Below are positions 44,775-54,061 of a DNA stretch of 64,000 nt, one piece after another. Position 1 is the first letter of the stretch. Every line of letters begins with the position of its first letter. The stretch comes from Aulosira sp. ZfuVER01 (GTDB lineage: Bacteria > Cyanobacteriota > Cyanobacteriia > Cyanobacteriales > Nostocaceae). The DNA is taken from assembly GCA_034530615.2 (NCBI GenBank), contig JAVRCV020000006.1:32001-96000 (forward strand), given 5' to 3'. Both the position numbers and the translations under genes were made by a program. The notes under the pieces are model-generated. The model was not told where the DNA came from. It saw only the letters and a program-made list of their open reading frames with translations, and searched no databases.

Positions 44775-46357
44775 TTCAAGCCAATCCTCAAAGCGTATAA
44801 ATCTCGGTTTAATCTCCAATATTCAGACAAAGCGATTACTCTGCTATAAATATCACTTTCTTTATTAAGAGATTTAGCAATTCTCTCTAACATTGTATAA
44901 GCAGAGTTAGCTGTATCAGCAACTTTAGCATAATCCTGTCTTTCTATATATTGTTTATATAATTTAGCAAGATCACTTAAGCCTTTAAGTATTGTATTAT
45001 CAATTTCATCAGTGTTTTCAAAAGATTTAATTAATTCTTGATAAGCTAAAGCGTCTCGAAATTCTTTAATTCCTTTAATAACGGGATGAATATTATACCA
45101 AACTTGGCTTTCTCCTTCCACATTTAAATAACGATATTCTAAAATACAGCGATTAAATAATAACCCTCGGTACAATACATCGTTTTCTATCTCTTTAGAA
45201 AGATACACAGTTGCGAGTGCTTCCCATTCATTAGCAAAAACGGTATTTCTATAAGTATTTCGTAACTCACTAATTGAACGTTGTAAAGCTCTGGTAGGAA
45301 TTGGTAGGCTGTTAGTATATTTAATTGCTTCCTTCATTAATAATAATAAATTTCGCACATGGCCTCCACTCATGAGGCATAGCATTTCTAAAGCTTCTCG
45401 CTGCTCAAACATATCTACAATAGATAAACTAGAGTCTATCAAACTCAGACGTTTTTGCAGTATTTCTATAACTTTATTAATTCCCAGTTGATATGATTGA
45501 TTATCAGGTGTTTGCACCATTATCATCGGCAATACCTGAGTATTACCATAGATATTAGCTAGGTCTGCAGCGCGATTGGAATACAGCAAGGAAATGGGTA
45601 TTGTGTACAACAAATGACAATCTAAAGCTTTGAGTTGTTCGCTACGGTCGAGAAAAATTTGTTCGTGATTTGTGCGTCCATCTTCTTGAGGTATGGGTAC
45701 AATTCGGTCTAAGTTATCAACAATTAATACAAGTTGATAATAACCTGAAGGTAAGTGCTTTTTGGCATCTTGAATAAATTCATTTAAAGCCGCAATCAAA
45801 GTAATTGTATGGGGATTGACTCGCTCACGAATTGTTTGGCGTTGAGTAGATTCTGCTCGTAAATTTGCTGTTAAATTAGCAAATTGGGAAATCTGATCTT
45901 CTATACTTAAGCTTTCTGAAGAAACTTCAGTTAATGCTAAATCTTTTAAATCTTGCCAACGGTCTTTTAACCAATTCAACAAACTAACTGGAGAAGTGTA
46001 ATCTTTTAATACTTCTACTAAGTGGCGGGTACAAGCTAACAGAATATCAGTATATTGAGCATCTTCTGGATCGATATCTTCTTCATCAGCGGCAAAATAA
46101 ACTACAAAGCAACCTTGCTCATCTAAATATTTCTGAAGACGCAGTAATTCTGTTGATTTTCCAGCACCGCGATGACCTGCATATAGTTGAGAGGTCATCC
46201 TGTCTGAATATAAAATCTCTCTTCCTACTTCTACTAATATGTCGCCATCTCCCCGCACTTCTGTACAATCCACATAAGCGGGATCTCCTGCGGGTAAGGG
46301 GCGAAATGGGTCGAAAGCATTGTATATCCGCTTTAAAAAGGCAAAATCCTGGGCCAT
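44771..46357 (-). CDS. P-loop NTPase (STAND/AAA-like) with C-terminal helical extension
   Basis: Walker A GHRGAGKST, Walker B LVLIVDNLDR, SGGHVR sensor and winged-helix-like ILEY...WYNIHP. Confidence 0.85.
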   Translation of the reverse strand: MAQDFAFLKRIYNAFDPFRPLPAGDPAYVDCTEVRGDGDILVEVGREILYSDRMTSQLYAGHRGAGKSTELLRLQKYLDEQGCFVVYFAADEEDIDPEDAQYTDILLACTRHLVEVLKDYTSPVSLLNWLKDRWQDLKDLALTEVSSESLSIEDQISQFANLTANLRAESTQRQTIRERVNPHTITLIAALNEFIQDAKKHLPSGYYQLVLIVDNLDRIVPIPQEDGRTNHEQIFLDRSEQLKALDCHLLYTIPISLLYSNRAADLANIYGNTQVLPMIMVQTPDNQSYQLGINKVIEILQKRLSLIDSSLSIVDMFEQREALEMLCLMSGGHVRNLLLLMKEAIKYTNSLPIPTRALQRSISELRNTYRNTVFANEWEALATVYLSKEIENDVLYRGLLFNRCILEYRYLNVEGESQVWYNIHPVIKGIKEFRDALAYQELIKSFENTDEIDNTILKGLSDLAKLYKQYIERQDYAKVADTANSAYTMLERIAKSLNKESDIYSRVIALSEYWRLNRDLYALRIGLK

Positions 46358-46510
46358 AAATCTCAATTTCTCAGGTTAGCGCCATATTATCGCAAACTTA
46401 CAGGGATAGATAGAAAATTAAATTGTCGGGTGTGCGATCGCTTAGATTATGCCATTGTTCACATTTTACGGTGCCGTACCCTCAGGAATAACACACTCTA
46501 CTTTAAGAAT

Positions 46511-46804
46511 GAAGCTCAAAGACTCATTAACGGAGTTTTGATACTCATTAACCAAGCTCAACTACTCATTAACGGAGTTCTGATACTCATTAACGGAGTT
46601 CTGAGCCTCATTAACTAAGCTCAAAGACTCGTTAACCAAGCTCAAAGACTCATTAACCAAGCTCAAAGACTCATTAACCAAGCTCAAAGACTCGTTAACC
46701 AAGCTCAAAGACTCGTTAACCAAGCTCAAAGACTCATTAACCAAGCTCAACTACTCGTTAACCAAGCTCAAAGACTCGTTAATGGAGTTCTGATACTCGT
46801 TAAT
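46511..46804. repeat. 21-bp tandem repeat array (13 full units plus partial ends)
   Basis: Units start every 21 nt from 46523 to 46796: CTC(A/G)TTAACCAAGCTCAA(AGA/CTA) and CTC(A/G)TTAA(C/T)GGAGTT(C/T)TGA(TA/GC). Confidence 0.95.
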
Positions 46805-46897
46805 TAAGTGTTAACTTAAACCCTAGCGAATGGAATTTACGGCTATACAATCACAGTCTGGGGAAATGGACTTGGTTAGTTTTATCGGTTATTAGTT

Positions 46898-48886
46898 ATG
46901 GGACAGAATGCAAATATAGATGCAAACTTCTTCTTGGTTTGTGGACTTGGCAACCTGGGGCAGTATTGTGTATCTGTGCTGAAAGAGTTTGGAGTGAAGG
47001 TAAATGCTATTGAAGTTGCAAATATTTCTAGATGGGAAGTTCCAGACTTACCGGATTTAGTAGACAAACTAGTCATTGGTGATTGTCGCCAACCCAAAAT
47101 ATTAGAACAGGCAGGAATTCGGCAGTGTCGGGCTATTTTGATTGTAACTAGTGATGAGCGAGTAAATATTGCCGCCGCATTTGCGGCGCGATCGCTTAAT
47201 CCGCAAATTCGCTTAGTTATTCGGTCAGCACAGGAAAATCTCAATGAATTACTCAGTCACAACCTGGGTAATTTTGTGGCTTTTGAAGCTACGCAACTAC
47301 CCGCCAAAAGCTTTGCTCTCGCAGCTTTAAGCAGTGAAACCAGAGGATTTTTCACTTTAGAAAATAGTTTGCTGCGAGTAGTTAGAGTAGCTGTAGATGT
47401 TTCCCTCCGTTGGGCTACACGTTCCCAAATTCACGAAATGAATACTGCCCACCGAAGAATTTTAGCTCATGCTAGAGCTGGAAATCCTCTACCAAAGTCA
47501 TTTTATCAATGGGAACCTAACACTCAAATTTTAAGAGGAGACACTGTTGCTTATATTGAAGTAAGCGATCGCCTTGCTAATCGTACAGCACAACCTGTTA
47601 GCAGTCTTAGGCAATTTTGGGGTGCAAGGATTGCTGGGATGAGATGGTAAAATCTGCGACACCAGCTGAGTCAGTTTTGGGCAGATAGTAGCCAAACCCG
47701 TCGCGTAGCTTTGGTGGGCGGTATTTTTATGGTGAGTTGGTTTTTATGCGGGACTTTGCTGTACAAGCTGCAATATCCCAAAATCAGCTTCCAAGATGCG
47801 CTGAATGTCTCTCTAGTTTTAAGCATCGGTGGCTACGACAACTTATTTGGACAGCTACAGCTACCTTTCGAGATTCCTTGGTGGCTGCATTTATTCAGCA
47901 TCAGTCAGACTGTAGCGGGTACAGTTTTTGTGGGTATTCTGTATGCGATTATGACTGAACGTGTCTTAGCTGCTAAATTCCAGTTTTCTCGGCGGCGTTT
48001 CCCAGTACCCAAAGCAGATCATATAGTGCTAATTGGTTTAGGAAGAGTTGGTAAGGGTGTCGCCCAGCTATTGCAAGAACTTCAGCAACCTTTGGTGGGC
48101 GTTCATGCCACTGAACTGGAAACAGATATACTCTCCACAATGCCATTAATTATTGGCAATATCAAAAATGCCCTCAGTCGAGTTAATCTTGCTACTGCTA
48201 AAAGCGTTATTGTCGTCACCGATGATGAGGTAACTAACTTAGAAATTGCATTGATGACCCGTGCTAGCAATCCCACAGCTAATTTGGTAATTCGCACCGT
48301 AGACCCCCGTTTTAGCGAGAATGTCGCCCGTCTGCTACCCTATGCTAGAGTTTTGGGCGTTTATGCTTTAGCTGCTGAAGCATTTGTGGCGGCTGCGTTT
48401 GGCGAAAATGTTCTCAATCTATTTCGCCTCAACGGCCAAACGACACTAGTAACTGAATATCAAATTGAAACTGATGATACTCTCAATGGCAAATTGCTGG
48501 CTGAGATTGCTTATGGTTATGAGATTGTGCCAATTCTCCATGCCAAAGCTAGCCAATCTACTTCTAAGTTTATGCCTTCTGATGATATCAAGCTGGCTGT
48601 AGGCGATCGCCTAGTAGTTTTAGCAACTATTGAAGGATTGCAACGAGTCGAACGGGGAGCGATCGCATCTGGGCAATTACTTGTAAGAGTTGAATCTGCG
48701 CTGTCATCAGAAGCAGCCTTTGAAGGAGCAGCGGTAATTTCGCGGATTTCTGGTTGTGATATGCATCTAGCGAGAACACTGATGAGCCAACTGCCAGGAA
48801 CTTTACAGTATCCACTCTACAAGCACCAAGCTCATCGTTTGGTAAGTGAATTGAGTAAATCTCAAGTGCAGGCTCACATAATTTAG
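46898..48886 (+). pseudogene. TrkA/RCK-domain potassium channel protein interrupted by one in-frame TAA (47648-47650)
   Basis: ORFs 46898-47650 and 47711-48886 share a frame. The gap translates openly (NLRHQLSQFWADSSQTRRVA). The joined product is RCK_N (VCGLGNLG), 2TM pore (SIGGYD), RCK_N (LIGLGRVG), RCK_C. Confidence 0.8.
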
Positions 48887-50100
48887 CTAATCAATCCCAA
48901 CAGGTGTAAGCCAAGTCCGATCGCTCCTCCGGCTAGCACTAACCAGGCAGAATTAATTTTGAATCGGAATACTGCGATCGCACTCAAAATTGCCACGATA
49001 ATTGTTAACCAATCTACCACTGCGGCTCGTCCTAATGTGTAGGTGACACCTGCCATTAATCCTAAAGAAGCCGCGTTCACACCATCGAGAAAGCCGCTAG
49101 CCCAAGGCGATTGACGCAATTTGGGAACCCAAGGGTTAACTACCCACACCAACACGAAAGCTGGTAAGAAAATACCGATTGTACCAGCGATCGCTCCAGC
49201 ATTTCCGGCTAATAAATAGCCAATGAATGTTGCAGTAGTGAAAACAGGCCCCGGTGTAAACTGTCCAATCGCTACTGCATCTAATAATTGCTGTGAGGTT
49301 AGCCAATGGTTGCGCTCAACCAAATCCCGTTGCAGAAATGCCAGCAAAACGTAACCACTACCATAGAGAACGCAGCCAATCTTGAGAAAGAATAAAAAGA
49401 CGCTCATCCAACTGACTGATGTAATGGCGGTGGTAGTACCAACCTGTGCCAAAATCCCTGAAAAAGGTAATAAGAATGCTCCGTTTGTCTGTCCTCTAGC
49501 TTGCCAATTCTTCACTAGCATGACGGCAATACCTAGCAAAATCAGCACCAAAATTTCATTCAATCCCGCAAAATAAGCTGCGATAGCCACCACTCCTGCG
49601 ACGATTGTTGGCAAATCTTTAGCTGCCTTTTTACCCAGATTCCACACAGCTTGCAGCACGATCGCAATAATCACAGGCTTGATACCGTAAAGCAACCATC
49701 CTACCTGGGGAACTGTCTGGTAGCGAGCATAAATTGCTGCTAGCGTCCAAACAATCAGCATCGCCGGCAGAATAAAGCAACTTCCTGCAATTAGTAAGCC
49801 ACGCCATCCGCCTCGTTCGTAGCCAATGTGAATCGCTAATTCCGTTGAGTTCGGCCCTGGAATCAAATTCGTGATTCCCAGCAGATCTAGTAGTTTCTCC
49901 CGGCTCATCCACTGACGGCGATTCACCACCTCATTGTCCATCATCGCAATGTGGGCAGCAGGGCCACCAAAGGCGATCGTCCCCAGTCGCAAAAACACCT
50001 TTGCCAGTTCTGTTAATCGCTGCTGTTGCTGTCTGGGAGTCAGAGCGTTATAGGAAACAGCTTCCGGCTCTTTTGGGATACCCTCAGCTTCTTGCGTCAC
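48883..50100 (-). CDS. chrA: Chromate efflux transporter (long-chain CHR)
   Basis: AFGGPAAHI, IPGPNSTE, YGSGYVL and QFTPGPV duplicated CHR motifs. Confidence 0.93.
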   Translation of the reverse strand: MTQEAEGIPKEPEAVSYNALTPRQQQQRLTELAKVFLRLGTIAFGGPAAHIAMMDNEVVNRRQWMSREKLLDLLGITNLIPGPNSTELAIHIGYERGGWRGLLIAGSCFILPAMLIVWTLAAIYARYQTVPQVGWLLYGIKPVIIAIVLQAVWNLGKKAAKDLPTIVAGVVAIAAYFAGLNEILVLILLGIAVMLVKNWQARGQTNGAFLLPFSGILAQVGTTTAITSVSWMSVFLFFLKIGCVLYGSGYVLLAFLQRDLVERNHWLTSQQLLDAVAIGQFTPGPVFTTATFIGYLLAGNAGAIAGTIGIFLPAFVLVWVVNPWVPKLRQSPWASGFLDGVNAASLGLMAGVTYTLGRAAVVDWLTIIVAILSAIAVFRFKINSAWLVLAGGAIGLGLHLLGLIS

Positions 50101-50360
50101 TGCAATTCTCCTGATTCTGTCATGACTTTGACAGAACTAATAATATCGGATTCGGTATTGACAAACGTTAACGTACCAATAAGCGATCGCATCAAAACCT
50201 CTGTTCTCTTTGTATCTCCGTGGTTCTGTGATTTTTCACCATAAAAACACAAACTATTTTTAAGTTAGTCAATCACGGGAAAATCCATCTTTCCCTATTC
50301 CCTGTTCCTCGTTCCCTTACAATTGAGTATGAAACATCAAAGCTTTTAGGCGCAAAGCTG

Positions 50361-51215
50361 GTGAACTTTTTTATTGGATGTGCAGTTTGGGCATATAAAG
50401 GATGGGTGGGCGAACTCTATCCCCAAGGTACTCGCACAACTGAGTTTCTTCCCCTTTACAGTCGGCGCTTTACGACTGTTGAAGGTAATACCACTTTCTA
50501 CGCCATCCCAAATCAAGAAACTGTCACTCGTTGGGCAACAGAAACGCCCCCAGGTTTTGAATTTTGCCTGAAATTGCCGCGAGATATCACCCATCAAGGT
50601 TTGTTGCAACCTCATATTCCCGCTGCTTTAAAATTTTTAGAGAGGATGCGTCCTTTAGGTCAACGTCTTGGCCCCTTATTTGCCCAATTACCACCAAGTT
50701 ACGCACCTACATTAATCGAAGATTTAGCTACATTTCTGGAAGCTTGGCCCCACACAGAAGTACCTCTAGCTCTAGAAGTTCGGCATCAAGATTGGTTTAA
50801 AGAACCCCATGTGAGTAATTTGACAGCGCTTTTAGAAAAGCTCAATGTCGGTAGAGTACTGTTAGATTCGCGCCCTATCTATAGTGGAGACGATGACCCG
50901 CAACTACAATCAGAACGACGCAAACCTAAATTACCAGTACAATTTAGCGTTACAGCGCCTTTTAGCCTGATTCGGTTTATCTCTCATCCAAATTTATCTG
51001 TGAATCAGCCGTTTATGGAAGAGTGGGTGACGCAGATTCAGCAGTGGTTACAGGCGGGAGTGCGAATTTATTTCTTTGTACATTGTCCGATGGAAGAGCG
51101 ATCGCCTAGCACAGCCCGTCACTTCCAAAAATTACTAGAACAGCATGGTGTAGCAGTTCCGCCTCTACCTTGGAATCATCTCGATCAACCGCCTAACCAG
51201 CTGAGTTTGTGGTGA
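50361..51215 (+). CDS. DUF72 (YecE-like) protein
   Basis: IGCAVWAYKGW, YSRRFTTVEGNTTFYAIP, QLPP and EVRH motifs. Confidence 0.9.
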   Translation: MNFFIGCAVWAYKGWVGELYPQGTRTTEFLPLYSRRFTTVEGNTTFYAIPNQETVTRWATETPPGFEFCLKLPRDITHQGLLQPHIPAALKFLERMRPLGQRLGPLFAQLPPSYAPTLIEDLATFLEAWPHTEVPLALEVRHQDWFKEPHVSNLTALLEKLNVGRVLLDSRPIYSGDDDPQLQSERRKPKLPVQFSVTAPFSLIRFISHPNLSVNQPFMEEWVTQIQQWLQAGVRIYFFVHCPMEERSPSTARHFQKLLEQHGVAVPPLPWNHLDQPPNQLSLW

Positions 51216-51593
51216 GCGTGCTTATTTGTTTGACATCTAAACCGATCGATGCTTTTGTCAAACGCCAAATATGTACCAGCTTAACTGAACATAATCTCAC
51301 TCTCAAAATTGCAACTTATATTGAGATTTTAGTAATCCAATTCATGAGTTTTTGATATTTGTAGTATATCTAATCCTTACTATTTTCAAAAAGAGCGATA
51401 ATTGTAATTGCATAGTTTTCTAGTAAGCCTCTAGGATTTTTATCTCCTAAAAAAGAGGGGGGATAGCCCTCTTTGCGGAAGGATGATTTGGAGATATATA
51501 TTTTAAATAATAACTAACAGCAATATATCGCTTGTTAGTATAGAGAGAATTGAGGCAAGCTCTCAGGGAGCAGTTACACCAAAGGAGGTTGAG

Positions 51594-52043
51594 ATGAGTC
51601 GTCTTCTTTATGAAAGCTCATTGTCATATAAAGGATATCTCATCATTCCATTTGTTTTTGGCAAAGCCGATAATTACGAAATTTATTCATATAAATTATT
51701 GGCAGAGATTGGTCATAACAGCCAATTTCACAAAGCAGAGAATCCAGCGGAAATCTATGGCAGTAATATCAGTAATATTATTGATATTGCCAAAGAACAT
51801 ATTGACCAACACTCAGACTTTGTTAGCTACGGGGATAGTTTTAAATCTCGCTATATTTACCGCCACAACTTGATTATTGTCTGCCAACAGGAGGGTAAAT
51901 ATTTTTACGACCATTACCCACCAGAGCTATTGAATAATATTGCAGCGCCAAAATTATTCAAATCAGAATATGAATGCCTGAGTTGGATTAAACAAGGGCT
52001 GGATGGGCGGCATATACGACCACAATCAATACGGTTCGGATAG
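51594..52043 (+). CDS. Hypothetical protein
   Basis: AAGGAGG SD before the ATG; 149 aa; internal repeat-like YKGYLII / YRHNLII. Confidence 0.75.
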   Translation: MSRLLYESSLSYKGYLIIPFVFGKADNYEIYSYKLLAEIGHNSQFHKAENPAEIYGSNISNIIDIAKEHIDQHSDFVSYGDSFKSRYIYRHNLIIVCQQEGKYFYDHYPPELLNNIAAPKLFKSEYECLSWIKQGLDGRHIRPQSIRFG

Positions 52044-52066
52044 ACACTTTTCATTGAAAGCGAAGG

Positions 52067-52098
52067 AAAACTCCATCCCCCCAGTGGGTGGAGTTTTT
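52067..52098 (+). terminator. Intrinsic terminator
   Basis: AAAACTCCATCC...GGGTGGAGTTTTT. Confidence 0.7.
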
Positions 52099-52191
52099 CA
52101 TAATTTGCCAGTCCTGGATCTCCCGATTTTTCCGTAATCGGTTAATGTAGTAAGATAGATTATTATTTGTAGTACGCAAGGAGGAAGCAAG

Positions 52192-52290
52192 ATGACTGAG
52201 TTTGTAGCAGTCCGGGTGATATTAACCATCTCAACTCAACAGACACAAGGCACAGAGATTCTTGTTCTATCCTCCGTCTTCCAGGAATGA
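52192..52290 (+). CDS. Candidate 32-aa small protein MTEFVAVRVILTISTQQTQGTEILVLSSVFQE
   Basis: AAGGAGG at 52178-52184, 7 nt before the ATG; short AGCCC/GGGCT-TTT hairpin downstream. Confidence 0.4.
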   Translation: MTEFVAVRVILTISTQQTQGTEILVLSSVFQE

Positions 52291-52450
52291 AATCTAGAAT
52301 TACGGACACTGACCAGCCCGCAGGGCTTTTAAAATTGAGTAATACCAAATTGGGATAGATAGTATTGTTTGAGATTTTTGGAACTGTTTGATGGTAGAGA
52401 TTTTTAATCCAAAATCACGCCACTTGCTACAACACAGGGAACAGTCGCTC

Positions 52451-52485
52451 CAAAATCTAAAATCTAAAATCCAAAATCCAAAATT
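52451..52485. repeat. STRR-type AAAATC(T/C) heptamer array
   Basis: caaaatctaaaatctaaaatccaaaatccaaaatt. Confidence 0.8.
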
Positions 52486-52563
52486 AGTATAAACTCCCAT
52501 AGGGAAGTGTTCTCCTCTGTGAGGCCTTGTGCAGAACAAGTAGCACACATTGAGGAAAAATCA

Positions 52564-53625
52564 ATGAATTTGAATTGCTTAGGCTGGAGTAACTTTTTTG
52601 CTCACAGCTATGAACCATATCGCCAACAAGGATTTAGTGTTGGTAGAGTTGCTATTGAATACAAGAATATCTACACCCTCTACAGCGAACATGGAGAAAT
52701 TTCAGCTAAATTAGCAGGTAAACTCAGGCATCAAGCTGCGCAACCTCAAGACTTTCCCTCAGTTGGAGATTGGGTTGTTATCCGGGTGCGAGACTCAGAA
52801 CAGCAAGCAACTATCCACGAGATATTGCCCAGGAAAAGTAAATTTTCTCGTAAGACGGTAGGGAAGAAAACAGCAGAGCAAATCGTTGCAACCAATGTAG
52901 ACACTGTCTTTCTAGTCTCAGGACTAGATAATGATTATAATCCCAGACGAATTGAACGCTATCTAATTCTCGCTTGGGAAAGTGGAGCTAATCCAGTCAT
53001 TGTTTTAAATAAGTCTGACTTGTGTAACTCTCTAGAAAAGTTCTTGGCTGAGGTGGAAGCTATTGCCACAGGTGTACCAATAGTAGTTTTAAGTGCTACC
53101 AATAATCAAGGATTTGAGACTTTAGCATCTTACTTGCAACCAGGGCAGACGGTTGCTTTGTTAGGGTCTTCTGGTGTTGGTAAATCTACAATTACCAACC
53201 AACTCAACAGAGAAACTGTGCAAGCTGTACAATCAGTACGACAGGGTGACGATCGAGGTAGACACACTACAACCCATCGTCAGTTGATATTACTCCCCAC
53301 TGGCGGCTTAATTATCGATACCCCAGGTATGAGGGAAATCCAAATTTGGGCAGGTGACGCAGGTTTGCAAGAAACCTTTGCAGATATCGAAACCTTAGCT
53401 CAACAGTGCCGTTTCCGCGATTGCCAGCATCATAAAGAACCTGGTTGTGCAGTGCAACAGGCATTAGCAGAAGAGCTACTTGATTATTCTAGGTTTCTCA
53501 GTTACCAAAAGTTGCAAAAAGAACTTGATTACTCAGCTCGTAAACAAGATCAATTAGCACAACTAGCTGAGAAAGAACGATGGAAAAAAATCCATAAAGC
53601 TATGCGGCAGCGTAACAAGTCTTAA
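52564..53625 (+). CDS. rsgA: Ribosome small subunit-dependent GTPase A
   Basis: [27 protein letters not shown] and [14 protein letters not shown] zinc finger. Confidence 0.95.
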   Translation: MNLNCLGWSNFFAHSYEPYRQQGFSVGRVAIEYKNIYTLYSEHGEISAKLAGKLRHQAAQPQDFPSVGDWVVIRVRDSEQQATIHEILPRKSKFSRKTVGKKTAEQIVATNVDTVFLVSGLDNDYNPRRIERYLILAWESGANPVIVLNKSDLCNSLEKFLAEVEAIATGVPIVVLSATNNQGFETLASYLQPGQTVALLGSSGVGKSTITNQLNRETVQAVQSVRQGDDRGRHTTTHRQLILLPTGGLIIDTPGMREIQIWAGDAGLQETFADIETLAQQCRFRDCQHHKEPGCAVQQALAEELLDYSRFLSYQKLQKELDYSARKQDQLAQLAEKERWKKIHKAMRQRNKS

Positions 53626-54061
53626 AGAGTTAAAGTTCTAATTAATACGTGACTAATGTCATATTAGTATGTATTAACACAGAAACAAAATCTTGGTATT
53701 TACCAGCTTTGGCACGGATAAACCGTGCCAAGAAGCAAAAAATTAGGTAATATATGGAAATACTCAAACGATTATCTGCTACTTACAGCAAGCAAAGCTT
53801 TTATAAATAAATAACAAGCAATTATTGTAAATTTATATTTCCGTTTTTACCCGGATCTCGGCTTTGAATCTGTTGGATTCAATAGAAACAGGGAAGTTAG
53901 AAATTGGTTTGCCTAGATTATTTTTCCAATTTGACAGCGAAATCTGTCTGCTGAACATCCAAACATGGATAGTTCTCGATCAAAAAGCTCGGATGTGGAG
54001 CTAATTTAAGCCTGCGATCGCAGAGAAACCCGATAACCCCAGCTGGAATTCAAGACCGATC

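Noticed and set aside
46430..46750. 62-aa ORFs on both strands over the 21-bp array
   Set aside because: Products of repeat periodicity, with no SD and stops within the array.
46511..46804. CRISPR array
   Set aside because: Units are contiguous 21-mers without unique spacers, and no cas genes are in the window.
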